DNA of 64,000 nucleotides from Eledone cirrhosa (taxonomy: Eukaryota), in the NCBI GenBank assembly GCA_964016885.1, contig OZ024748.1, positions 20,026,001 through 20,090,000 on the forward strand, read 5' to 3'. This document shows positions 27,857 to 40,928 of this stretch, piece after piece. The notes below the pieces were generated by a model. The model was not told where the DNA came from, did no database searches, and worked only from the letters and a program-made list of their open reading frames with translations. The position numbers and the translations under genes are program-made. The stretch's first letter is position 1; the number at the start of each line of letters is the position of its first letter.

Positions 27857-27880
27857 GTATATATATATATGTATATGTGT

Positions 27881-27937
<57 letters not shown>

Positions 27938-28216
27938 AGTATATACATATGTATGTGTGTTTATCTATATACTACCTGTTGTGTAGTGCACTAGCAGTTA
28001 TTAAATATTATTTAATATTAGGTTCATATGAACTGAGATTGTACTGGTTAGGTTCATATGTGACTATCTAATGTATACATACATATAGACACACACATAT
28101 TCATGTACGATGATGATGATGATGATGATGATGCTGATGCTACCTGTTGTGTTGCTGTGCACTATCAGCGATATTGAATGTCTTGATGAGATAAACTAAA
28201 ATTGTACATAAGTATA

Positions 28217-28253
<37 letters not shown>

Positions 28254-28259
<6 letters not shown>

Positions 28260-28600
28260 TCTGAAGACGGCATATATATGTGTTGGTATGTATATTTAAT
28301 TTTGATAGTTTGTATAATTTTGTATAATTTTGTACATAGATCTGTTGAATATGCATGCCAATTCTAACACATATATATATCCTAGAAACGATCGTTAAAT
28401 AATGAACTTTTTTTGTTTAATATAAGGAACTGTTTCATTGTTTTATTCATTATTTTTTTAATATTTTATCTTGACTCTGTATTCCGTTTATCTTTCACCG
28501 AAAGTGATTTTTCATTGCATCTCTTCTTTCCATGATATCCGGATTACATTGAGTTCTTCATACGGATTGGACACTACCGTAAACTCTTGGTAGATTTATC

Positions 28601-28603
<3 letters not shown>
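28254..28603 (+). mobile_element. Family F insert with long-helix-II hammerhead
   Basis: ATTATTT-CTGAAGA(28261-28267)-~117 nt-GAAA(28385-28388)-CGATCG-TT-AAATAAT; tail GGATTACATTGAGTTCTT...TTGGTAGATTTATCT shared with 32960-33020. Confidence 0.75.
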
Positions 28604-28650
<47 letters not shown>

Positions 28651-29171
28651 TATATATATAGATAGATATATATACACACACACACCCACACATAAACACA
28701 TACAAAGACAGACAGATACACAAATACACAAACACACACACACACACACATATATGGGGGTATACATGTATGCAAAAAGTAAACAGAAATAACAAAGAAA
28801 ACGACACAGTACAATGAAGAAATATATTAGTCTGATGCTTGATATTGTAGGAACAGTGTTTTAAGATTTCTAACGTTAGCCCTTCATTAGAAAATAGAAT
28901 GACAAATTAAAGAAGAAATAGAGATAGAATGATAGAGGAGAGTGACAAAAATAATTTTAAAAAACTATTTTTAAGCTACATATTTCATAGCATGAGCACA
29001 CCACTTTATATATGTATATATATATATATATATGTGTATATATATATTACCTTAGAGAAACTAAAACTGCATGATCTATGTTCTCATGTAGCTATATACT
29101 ATACATCTCCAGGTATGTATATTTATAAACAGTACCTCTGAGAACAGTTAAAGCGAGACAGACTTACTGAT

Positions 29172-29217
29172 GAAGTTCACTGATGAAGTCCTATAACAGG
29201 ATTGAAACTAGCCAAGC
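29172..29217 (+). ncRNA. Degenerate hammerhead-like motif
   Basis: CTGATGA-AGTCCT/AGGATT helix II-GAAA-CTAG; U16.1 replaced by C and helix I not evident. Confidence 0.35.
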
Positions 29218-29679
29218 AGATCCTTCTTTTAGCGTCCACAGACATTGTGTATAAAGGCAAAGTGTTTACAGCTATCATTTTTGGAGATATGTGGCTTAGT
29301 GGTAAGGTTGTTTGGTTCATGATTGTAAGATCATGTTTTCGACTCTAGCCCACACTAGGTGGCAGATTTTGTCCCTAAGCAAGACACTTTATTTTCATGC
29401 TGCTCCAGTAGTGTGAGGATTTATCATCCTTTTCTCCTGTCCTAACGATATTGAAAGCTCAGTATCAGAACAAAAATGACCTTTTGCTGCCATTACCTCT
29501 TGTTTCTCCTCATCAGGAAGAGACAGGGTCAACCTTACGATGTTATATATATATTCTATTAGTTAAAATCTCTATATATATCTTCTGTAGTAAGATACAG
29601 CATTGAAACAAACATTTCTTAATTTACCAGTAATTTCTTTGATGTCATGGATGCACAGTCATTCTACCCTTTTCACATT

Positions 29680-31732
29680 AACCAGCTCCCAAACCAGCCT
29701 TGGTATGCTCCAATGAAACCAGCCCCCAAACCAGCCTTAGTATGGTACTATGAAACCAACCCCTAAACCAGCCTTGGTATGGTCCAATGAAACCAGCCCC
29801 TAAACCAGCCCTGGTATGGTACTACCAAACCAGCCCTGGTATGGTGCTATCAAACCAGCCCTGGTATGGTACTATCAAACCAGCCCTGGTATGGTACTAT
29901 CAAACAAGCCCTGATATGGTACTATCAAACCAGCCCTGGTATGGTACTATCAAACCAGCCCTGGTATGGTACTGCCAAACCAGCCCTGGTATGGTACTAT
30001 CAAACAAGCCCAGGTATGGTACTATCAAACCAACCCTGGTATGGTACTATCAAACAAGCCCTGGTATGGTACTATCAAACCAGCCCTGGTATGGTACTAT
30101 CAAACCAGCCTTGGTATGGTACTATCAAACCAGCCCTGGTATGGTATTATCAAACCAGCCCTGGTATGGTACTGCCAAACCAGCCCTGGTATGGTACTAT
30201 CAAACCAGCCCTGGTATGGTATTATCAAACCAGCCCTGGTATGGTACTATCAAACAAGTCCTGGTATGGTACTATCAAACCAACCCTGGTATGGTACTAT
30301 CAAACAAGCCCTGGTATGGTACTATCAAACCAGCCTTGGTATGGTACTATCAAACCAGCCCTGGTATGGTATTATCAAACCAGCCCTGGTATGGTACTGC
30401 CAAACCAGCCCTGGTATGGTACTATCAAACCAGCCCTGGTATGGTACTATCAAACAAGCCCTGGTATGGTACTATCAAACCAGCCCTGGTATGGTACTAT
30501 CAAACCAGCCTTGGTATGGTACTATCAAACCAGCCCTGGTATGGTATTATCAAACCAGCCCTGGTATGGTACTATCAAACAAGTCCTGGTATGGTACTAT
30601 CAAACCAACCCTGGTATGGTACTATCAAACAAGCCCTGGTAGGGTACTATCAAACCAGCCCTGGTATGGTACTATCAAACCAGCCTTGGTATGGTACTAT
30701 CAAACCAGCCCTGGTATGGTATTATCAAACCAGCCCTGGTATGGTACTGCCAAACCAGCCCTGGTATGGTACTATCAAACCAGCCCTGGTATGATACTAT
30801 CAAACAAGCCCTGGTATGGTACTATCAAACCAGCCCTGGTATGGTACTATCAAACCAGCCTTGGTATGGTACTATCAAACCAGCCCTGGTATGGTATTAT
30901 CAAACCAGCCCTGGTATGGTACTGCCAAACCAGCCCTGATATGGTACTATCAAACCAGCCCTGGTATGGTATTATCAAACCAGCCCTGGTATGGTACTAT
31001 CAAACATGCCCTGGTATGGTACTATCAAACCAACCCTGGTATGGTACTATCAAACAAGCCCTGGTATGGTACTATCAAACCAGCCCTGGTATGGTACTAT
31101 CAAACCAGCCTTGGTATGGTACTATCAAACCAGCCCTGGTATGGTATTATCAAACCAGCCCTGGTATGGTACTGCCAAACCAGCCCTGGTATGGTACTAT
31201 CAAACCAGCCCTGGTATGGTACTATCAAACAAGCCCTGGTATGGTACTATCAAACCAACCCTGGTATGGTACTATCAAACAAGCCCTGGTATGGTACTAT
31301 CAAACCAGCCCTGGTATGGTACTATCAAACCAACCTTGGTATGGTACTATCAAACCAGCCCTGGTATGGTATTATCAAACCAGCCCTGGTATGGTACTGC
31401 CAAACCAGCCCTGGTATGGTACTATCAAACCAGCCCTGGTATGGTATTATCAAACCAGCCCTGGTATGGTACTATCAAACAAGCCCTGGTATGGTACTAT
31501 CAAACCAACCCTGGTATGGTACTATCAAACAAGCCCTAGTATGGTACTATCAAACCAGCCCTGGTATGGTACTATCAAACCAGCCTTGGTATGGTACTAT
31601 CAAACCAGCCCTGGTATGGTATTATCAAACCAGCCCTGGTATGGTACTGCCAAACCAGCCCTGGTATGGTATTATCAAACCAGCCCTGGTATGATACTAT
31701 CAAACAAGCCCTGGTATGGTACTATCAAACAA
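29680..31732. repeat. 25-bp tandem satellite, ~78 copies
   Basis: Unit CCCTGGTATGGTACTATCAAACCAG; longer diverged units at the left edge. Confidence 0.98.
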
Positions 31733-32129
31733 ATTCCCCTCTTCTAAAAGGTTCCTATTTAAACATCTTCCAACATAATTTGATATAAGAACATTTTGTC
31801 AAGCTATGTTACTAATACCATCTTAATAATTAAAAAATTAATAGTTTCAGTAAATCCTTCCAAATTCTACATTAATTAATTAATCAGACTGTATTTTATT
31901 AGATATATGGTAATGAAGACAATGCCCAAATAGGATTGTGTGTGTATGTATATATGTATGTATGTGTATATATGTATGTGTGTATGTATGTGTGTGTGTC
32001 TGTGTGTATGTACATATATATATATACATATATATAGTTCGAAAACTGCATATAAGATAATTGCATTAAGAACCAATATCCTGGAGCTCAAGTCAATGTT
32101 ATATCTCCACAGATATAATAAAATACAGG

Positions 32130-32263
<134 letters not shown>

Positions 32264-32290
32264 TACATATACATACATATATATATGTAT

Positions 32291-32480
32291 GCATTTCTGA
32301 AGACAGCATATATATGTGTAGGTATGTATATTCCCTCTGATAGTTTGTAAAATGTTTACATAGATCTATATGATATACATACAAACACACACATATATAT
32401 CCTAGAAACGATCGTAAAATGATGAATTTTTTTAATATAAGGAACTGTTTCTTTGTTTTTATTCATTGTTTTTATTAATT
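32291..32480 (+). mobile_element. Family F insert
   Basis: CATTT-CTGAAGA(32297-32303)-~100 nt-GAAA(32405-32408)-CGATCG-TA-AAATG. Confidence 0.75.
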
Positions 32481-32514
32481 TATGTATGCATATATATATT
32501 TTTATATATATATA

Positions 32515-33020
32515 TAGAAATATTAAAACAATGAAATTAAACACAAAACGGTTAATTCATAGTAAAGCTCATTATTTTACGATCGTTTCTGGGGCGTAGT
32601 TTCCCGTATATCCATTCAATTATTGATCTATGTAAAATATTACAAAATATCATAGTAAGAAAAAATACATCCCTCTTCACTCCCCACCGACTTCATTATT
32701 TCTGAAGACGGCGGGGAGTGAAGACGGATGTATTTTTTCTTACTATGATATTTTGTAATATTTTACATAGATCAATAATTGAATGGACATACGAGGAACT
32801 ACCCCCCTAGAAACGATCGTAAAATAATGAGTTTTACTATGAATTAACCGTTTTGTGTTTAATTTCATTGTTTTAATATTTTTAATTTTGACTCTGTATC
32901 CAATGAATTATATCGTTGAAAATTTTGTATTTTAAACTTTGCTTCACGACATCTACTTACGGATTACATTGAGTTCTTTATACGGTTTAGACCCTAACAT
33001 TGATTGGTAGATTTATCTGT
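32515..33020. mobile_element. Family F fold-back
   Basis: Inverted arm 32515-32689, sense arm 32692-32882, tail to 33020. Confidence 0.8.
32693..32830 (+). ncRNA. Type I hammerhead ribozyme motif with ~100-nt helix II domain (family F)
   Basis: TCATTATTT-CTGAAGA(32702-32708)...GAAA(32810-32813)-palindromic ACGATCGT-GUA site (32821)-AAATAATGA; perfect 9-bp helix I. Confidence 0.78.
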
Positions 33021-33269
33021 GTATATATATATATATGGGGGGGATGTATGTATTTCTTTGTGTTTGTGTGTGTGTCTGTGTTTGTGTGTGTGTGTGTGTG
33101 CATCTGTTCATGTGCATGTGTGTTTATCTCTATGTATGTATGTGTGTGTATGTAAATAACTAAAACCTTCAGTATTACAGGTGAGAAAAGTCCGTCAATG
33201 TGGGAGTGCCAGACAAGCCTGTTGTAGATGCAATTGAAACAGAAATTACCATTTTCCAGGTGTGTTTCT

Positions 33270-35150
33270 CTACAGTTCTATATATCAGCAATGTGCAGCA
33301 CCAAAATATTGCAGCTAGTGCACTATTATGTACAGTTCTATATATCAGCAATATGCAGCAACATTATATAGAGTCTTATATATAACAATGTGCAGCAGCA
33401 AAATATTGCAGCAAGTACAACATTATGTACAGTTGTATATATGTCAACAATGTGCAGCACCAAAATATTGCAGCTCTTGCAACTAGTTCAACATTATGTA
33501 CAGTTGTACATATATATCTATCAGTAATATGCAGCACCAAAATATTACATCTAGTGCACTATTATGTACAGTTCTATATATCAGCAATATGCAGCAACAT
33601 TATATAGAGTCTTATATATAACAATGTGCAGCAGCAAAATATTGCAGCAAGTGCACCATTATGTACAGTTGTATATATGTCAACAATGTGCAGCACCAAA
33701 ATATTACAGCTAGTGCACCATTACATATAGTTGTGTATATATATATCAACAATGAGCAGCACCAAAATATTGCAAGTACTGCACCATTATGTACAGTTCT
33801 ATATATTAGCAATGTGCAGCACTAAAATATTGCAGCTATTGCACTATTATGTACAGTTGTATATATATATATATCAACAATGTGCAGCACCAAGATATTG
33901 CAGTTAGTGCATCATTACATATAGTTCTATATATATCAGTAATGTGCAGCATCAACATATTGCAACTAGTACACCATTACGCACAGATCTATATATATCT
34001 CTTGCACCACATATTGCAGTCGTGTACAACAGCAATAGACTATGGCTGAGGTTTTGGTTGTGTAGTGTTGTGTAGAATATACAGTTTTATATAGAATGCA
34101 ATCTGTAATACAAAAATATTGCAACTACTGCAGGCACCAAAATGGTCAGGTGTGTACAACAGCAACAGACTGTGGCTAGGCTGCAGTTGTGTAGCATGGT
34201 GTACTACGTACAGTTGTATATGTATCTACTGAATCAAATATTGCAGTTATGTGCAATAGCAATAGACTGTGGCTGTATGGTGTGGTACCTTACGAACAGT
34301 TCTATATGTTGCTGCTGCACCAAATATTGTAGTTATGTGCAATAGCAATAGATTGTGGCTGTATGGTGTGGTGCACTACGAACAGTTATATATGTCGCTT
34401 CTGCACCAAATATTGCAGTTATGTGCAATAGCAATAGATTGTGGCTGTATGGTGTGGTACCTTACGAACAGTTCTATATGTTGCTGCTGCACCAACTATT
34501 GCAGTTATGTGCAATAGCAATAAATTGTGGCTGTATGGTGTGGTGCACTATGAACAGTTATATATGTCGCTGCTGCACCAAATATTGCAATTATGTGCAA
34601 TAGCAATAGATTGTGGCTGTATGGTGTGGTGCACTACGAACAGTTCTATATGTCGCTGCTGCACCAACTATTGCAGTTATGTGCAATAGCAATAGATTGT
34701 GGCTGTATGGTGTGGTGCACTACGAACAGTTCTAGATGTCGCTGCTGCACCAAATATTGCAGTTATGTGCAATAGCAATATACTGTGGCTGTGTGTTGTG
34801 GTGCACTATGTACAGTTCTATATGTAACTATTTCACCAAACACAGTTCTATATGTCTCTGCTGCACCAAATATTGCAGTGTTATACAACAGCAATAAACT
34901 GTGGCTGTGTGTTGTGGTGCACTATGTACAGTTCTATATGTAACTATTTCATCAAACACAGTTCTATATGTCTCTGCTGCACCAAATATTGCAGTGTTGT
35001 ACAACAGCAATAAACTGTGGCTGTGTGTTGTGGTGCACTATGTACAGTTCTATATGTATCTACTGCACCAAATATTACAGTGTTGTACAACAGCAATAGA
35101 CTATGATTGTATGATGGGGTTGTGTGCTGCACTGCATACAGTTCTATATA
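33270..35150. repeat. Compound minisatellite (~55-60, 86 and 116-bp units)
   Basis: Shared cores GCACCAAA(A)TATTGCAG and ACAGTTCTATAT; 86-bp period at 34269/34355/34441; 116-bp period at 34785/34901/35017. Confidence 0.92.
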
Positions 35151-35933
35151 GGAGCAATACCAGGAATTGCAACAGTGTGTCAGTGTAACATAGAGTTCTA
35201 TTCTCTTTTAGGCTGCTTTGAACATGACAAATTTCTATAGCAGGATGACCTTCCTGATGTCAATTCAACCATTTCAGTATTGTAAGAGATTCACTGGTTT
35301 AATCAGCTTTTCCCCTACCCCCAAATTTGTTGGTCTTATGCCTAAATCAGAAACCATTATTTTGGCAGTGCTTGAGTGCATTAGATTGTCAGTAATCAGT
35401 AGAGCATCGCAAAACATGCTTTGCGGTATATAGTTACGTCCCTTTACATTCTGAGTTCAAATCCCACCGAGATTAGCTTTCTTTTCATCCTTACAGGGTC
35501 GATAACATAAAGTACCAGTAATGCACTGGGGTGAATTTAATCGAGTTTCCCTGCCTTCAAAAAATTGTTGGCCTTATGCTTAAATCAGAAACAATTATTA
35601 CAGGGGCCAATATAATAACGTACCAGTAATGCACTGGGGTCAATTTAATTGACTTTCTCTCCTCCTCCAAATAATTGTTGGTCTTGTGCCCAAATCAGAA
35701 ACTATAAAGGTTCTAACATAAACCTGAGGCATGAGATATTTAGGTAATTATAAACATTTAAAGATAAAGTTTAGTATGATAGAAACACGACAAGAGTGGT
35801 TCCAAGCATTTTGGTATGGAATGTGTTAATCTCACGGCTATTTCTGACATGATGATCTATATCAACTCACAAAACAAATGTGTTTACTTAAATTTTACTT
35901 TAACTAATGAAGACATGTAAGCTTAAATAAACC

Positions 35934-35989
<56 letters not shown>

Positions 35990-36019
35990 ATATATATATA
36001 TTTGTGTGTGTGTATAAAT

Positions 36020-36075
<56 letters not shown>

Positions 36076-36489
36076 AGTGGCGTGTGTATAACTGTATTGA
36101 TCTGCATATGTATGCATATATGAGTGTGTGCATATGTGTAAGTATATATATATATATATATATATGTACATAGATACACACATAATATACAAACATATAT
36201 ACATGCATACATACAAAATACATACACACACACACATATTTTTAGGTGATTAACAAAAAGAAATTGATGAAAGAAAAGTAAAATATCTGAGGTGAAAAAG
36301 AGACAAAAGTATGAATATAATAATCAAACACCTGGAGTTTGGTTCCTTCATTCCGATGTTGATTGGAAAAAAACCAATATCAACAACAAAAACAACAACA
36401 AAAACAACATAAAAAACAACAAAAACATTGATGAAATATTGTATGAAAATAGAACAATTAAAACAATAACAAACAATAACAACAACTGT

Positions 36490-36663
36490 AATGAATATTA
36501 GACAACAGTATAGGACAACAACAACAACAACAACAATAATTATTACTATAATAGTATATAAGTAGAACAGCAACAACAACAATATTTATTATAAATATTG
36601 TATTATTATTAATTTTTTTTCTAGCCTGAGGCTAAGTATATTTGTATACATTTATACACACGT

Positions 36664-36700
<37 letters not shown>

Positions 36701-36935
36701 CAAACACGCATGTAGTATAAATGTATACAAATATACTTAGCCTCAGGTTAGAAAAAAAATTAATAATAATACAATATTTATAATAAATATTGTTGTTGTT
36801 GTTGTAGTTATTGTTCTACTTTCATACAATACTTACTTTATATAATTAGAAATATTGTTGTTGTTGCTGTTCTACTTATATACTATTATAGTAATAATTG
36901 TTGTTGTTGTTGTTGTCCTATACTCTAATATTCAT
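36490..36935. repeat. Fold-back repeat around a central (TA)n/(CA)n tract
   Basis: CTAGCCTGAGGCTAAGTATATTTGTATACATTTATAC vs GTATAAATGTATACAAATATACTTAGCCTCAGGTTAG plus mirrored (AAC)n/(GTT)n flanks. Confidence 0.8.
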
Positions 36936-36968
36936 TATATATATATATGTGTACATATAATATATTTG

Positions 36969-37514
36969 ATAATATACTGTATGTTTATTTGAAAACATTT
37001 TGAAGACTATTCGGTATGAATTTTAAAGTAGTGACTACACATATAAAAGGAACGATCGACTTTCGTCAAATCGGACCGAGGGAACAATGTTTCCGTTGGT
37101 CTTTCCAATTGCTAATACTATCTATCGGTCGCAACTCCAGGTAGAAGGAGCAACGTGAAATAAAGTGTCTTGCTCAAGGACATAACGCATCGCCTGGTCC
37201 AGGAATCGAACTCACAACCTTACAATTGCGAATCCAATTATCTAACCACTCAGCCACACGCCTTCACCATATATATATATATAATATACTGTATGTTTAT
37301 TTAAAAACATTTTGAAGACCATTCGGTATGAATTTTAAAGTAGTGACTACACATATATAAGTATAATATACTGTATGTTTATTTAAAAACATTTTGAAGA
37401 CTATTCGGTATGAATTTTAAAGTAGTGACTACACATATATAAGTATAATATACTGTATGTTTATTTGAAAACATTTTGAAGACCATTCGGTATGAATTTT
37501 AAAGTAGTGACTAC
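36969..37514. repeat. 82-bp tandem repeat (4 copies) interrupted by a minus-strand SINE family 2-related fragment (37045-37268)
   Basis: ATAATATACTGTATGTTTATTT...AAAGTAGTGACTAC at 36969, 37281, ~37364, 37445. Confidence 0.85.
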
Positions 37515-37685
37515 TTTGTTATATTTGGGGAGGGTCATATTGTTATAATATTGCCAGAAATAATAATAGAACACACTCACTGTTTGGTTTGGGTTGGTTT
37601 TCGCTTCTGTGTCTTTTATATCTCCATAGTTAATTTATCTGGCAATCAATGTTTATCATTGATAGACCAACGGTTAAAAATACAG

Positions 37686-37746
<61 letters not shown>

Positions 37747-37866
37747 ATCAAAGTTCTTTCGCCACACATCTGTGACATCATCAGTGGTACTATTATGTTT
37801 CCTTCCGTTGCATTGTAATGCCTACACCATTTTTATTTAATTTATAAATATATATATATATATATA

Positions 37867-37978
37867 TCATCATCATCATCATCATCGTTTAACATCTATC
37901 TTCCACGCTAGCATGGGTTCCCGTCTAAACCCATGCTAGCGTGGAAGATAGACGTTAAACGATGATGATGATGATGAT
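37867..37978. mobile_element. Fold-back of an RTE-type 3' end with (ATG)n tail
   Basis: (ATC)n-GTTTAAC.TCTATCTTCCACGCTAGCATGGGTT / AACCCATGCTAGCGTGGAAGATAGACGTTAAAC-(GAT)n. Confidence 0.8.
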
Positions 37979-37994
37979 ATATATATATATATAT

Positions 37995-38210
37995 ATAATA
38001 CAGTATATAGAGAAGAAATACAAAAAAGGGTTATGTTTTCATTTACAAGGGGTAGAGAACCACTATATCCCTTGTAAATGAAAACATAACCTCTTTTTCT
38101 GTTTACTTCTCTGTATACTGTATTATTGACACCCTGGTAATTTATTACTTGAGCTCATAAACATAAAATTACATAGGATTAATGCGAGTCTTTGACTCTG
38201 TTTTTTCAAT
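37995..38210. mobile_element. Fold-back insert with one-sided tail (family J, no ribozyme seen)
   Basis: Arms 37995-38052 and 38068-38126, right arm extended ~85 nt; TA flanks. Confidence 0.65.
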
Positions 38211-38219
38211 ATATATATA

Positions 38220-38747
38220 TATAGCGAAATCTGTCCACCCCTTGAACCCTAGGTGACACCTAAAAGTCAAATTCTAGGTCACCATCCTTTCATGCGTAGG
38301 CGATCCCTCAAGGCAGGAGACAGAAACGACAGGTATATAAAGCCTCTATCATCCCACATTTGACACAGAGAGATCGGACAGTACGCTATAGACAAGATAT
38401 GTAAAGATTCACCGCTACCTACGTCGAGATCTACAGACAACCACAGACCATTACTCTCTCCCTCTCCTGGTCTCAGACTACACCAGATTCATGAACCAGC
38501 AACAAAATAACATCGTCAACCTTCGAACTCGTGGTAACTTGTTTATTGTTCTTTTTGACTGAAGTGAAGTAAACCTTTTTATATATAAAATAAATCAGTT
38601 ATTTCATCTAACAACCACTACTAATACCCTTTCTTAGATATATACCATATTTCCCGGAGTCAAAGATGCTACTTTTTTCCTAAAATAAGTCTCAAAAACC
38701 TACCATGCGTCCTGGAGGACGAAGCGTCTTTGGCACCGGGAAATACA
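38220..38747 (+). mobile_element. Possible solo LTR
   Basis: Relatively GC-richer 530-bp insert in (TA)n starting TATAGCG and ending ATACA; TATATAAAG at ~38334, AATAAA at ~38589; TSD unclear. Confidence 0.4.
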
Positions 38748-38904
38748 GTATATATATATATATATATACATACACACACACATATATACATATGTATATA
38801 TTATATGTTTGTATTTATAGATATAAACATATATGTGTGTGTATTTGTGTGTGTGTGAGTGTACATGTATATATGCAATATTCGTTCCTACACATATGCA
38901 TATA

Positions 38905-38937
<33 letters not shown>

Positions 38938-38961
38938 CATGTATATATACATATATATATC

Positions 38962-39490
<529 letters not shown>

Positions 39491-39924
39491 ATATGTATAT
39501 ATATATGTGTGTGTGTGTGCGCATATGTATCTATGGCTATGTTTATCTCTGTTTCCACTCTTTGCATTTGATATTACATGTGCAGAGTTTGCTCCATGGC
39601 TGCAGCTGGCCAGCAGTTGAAAGAGCAAAATTCTACATGTAACTTTAATAAACACAAAAAACTATGTCCTGTTTAGCATCAGGAATGGCATCCAATCATA
39701 GAATTCTACCCCAGAAATGTACCGTCTAACATTTGCTATCATAGAAAAATGGATGTAAAACTATATTTTTATTTTTTTCTTATGACAGGCTGAATGAGTT
39801 GGGGGTTCATAACCCAACGAACCTTAAGTACCTGTTTATGTCACTGTAGTAACTATTTATACTAAACTCGTCCTATGGACTAAGTGATCTTACCCTTGGA
39901 TATTTCTACCAAACTTTTACTGCA

Positions 39925-39959
<35 letters not shown>

Positions 39960-39979
39960 TGTATATGTATGTATATATA

Positions 39980-40373
39980 CGAAGGCAATCCCAAAAGTAA
40001 GGTCTCCTTCTGATATTGCAACTTTTCCGTTAAAATCCTGTGGATGGTGCTTCGAGAAACCTCAGCAACCAAAATGCAGAGAGCATCCAGAGTGATCCGC
40101 CGATCTTTATGCATGTTTTCCTCGGAAGGAGACCTTACTTTTGGGATTGCCCTCATATATAATAACTGCGCGAAATTCCCCCTTGGCGGTAGCGTTCAAC
40201 GGGAGCTCCATTCTCAACGGCTGCCAAGCCAAGACTGAGCATCCCAGTGAAGCGCATGCATGCTTGTTTGGGAGTGAAGGAAGCACCAATCACAACAGTG
40301 TTGCCAACAGCCGTATGAACAGTTTCTCTGTCTCCCCATCGCTTTGGAGACCTTACTTTCGGGATAACCCTCG
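39980..40373 (-). mobile_element. Mariner deletion derivatives with three TIR copies
   Basis: 28-bp TIR CGAGGG.ATCCC.AAAGTAAGGTCTCC at 39980 (forward), 40128-40155 and 40346-40373 (reverse), TA-flanked; peptide DRRITLDAL...VSRSTIHRILTEKLQYQK. Confidence 0.85.
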
Positions 40374-40659
40374 TATATATATGTGTGTGTGTGTATGTGT
40401 ACAATAATTAAATTATAAGGTAAGTAAAGAAAAAAAATGAAACAAAAACCCAAAATATTGTCGACTTTTGTGTAAGTTTCACATACACACACATATATAC
40501 ACACATATGTAACTACAGAAAAAAAATATATATACACATATATACGCACACACATACATATTATATATATATATATGTATCTATCTTTGCCCAAATGCAC
40601 TTTACCTTGTATGAATGTGTGTGAGTGAATATACATACATACACACACATATATATATC

Positions 40660-40780
40660 CTTCGAATGAAACAGTCCTAGTCCTGTACAAGCCATTTCTA
40701 TATTTAATTTTTGTATATACCCTACTAACGTATTGAGTACCTTACTTACTGTGATTACCCTCGATGAACCCAGGATTCAC
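40660..40780 (+). mobile_element. Family A truncated sense copy
   Basis: GAATGAAACAGTCCTAGTCCTGTA plus tail GAGTACCTTACTTACTGTG...GAACCCAGG. Confidence 0.7.
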
Positions 40781-40797
40781 ATATATGTGTGTGTGTG

Positions 40798-40879
<82 letters not shown>

Positions 40880-40891
40880 ATATATATATAT

Positions 40892-40926
<35 letters not shown>

Positions 40927-40928
40927 GA

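Noticed and set aside
29787-31788. Long repetitive ORFs up to 593 aa
   Set aside because: A 25-bp unit (not a multiple of 3) gives the same peptide in all three frames; no frame preference, so satellite artefact
33181-33259. AG/GT-bounded possible plus-strand exon
   Set aside because: Stop codons in all three frames from that acceptor
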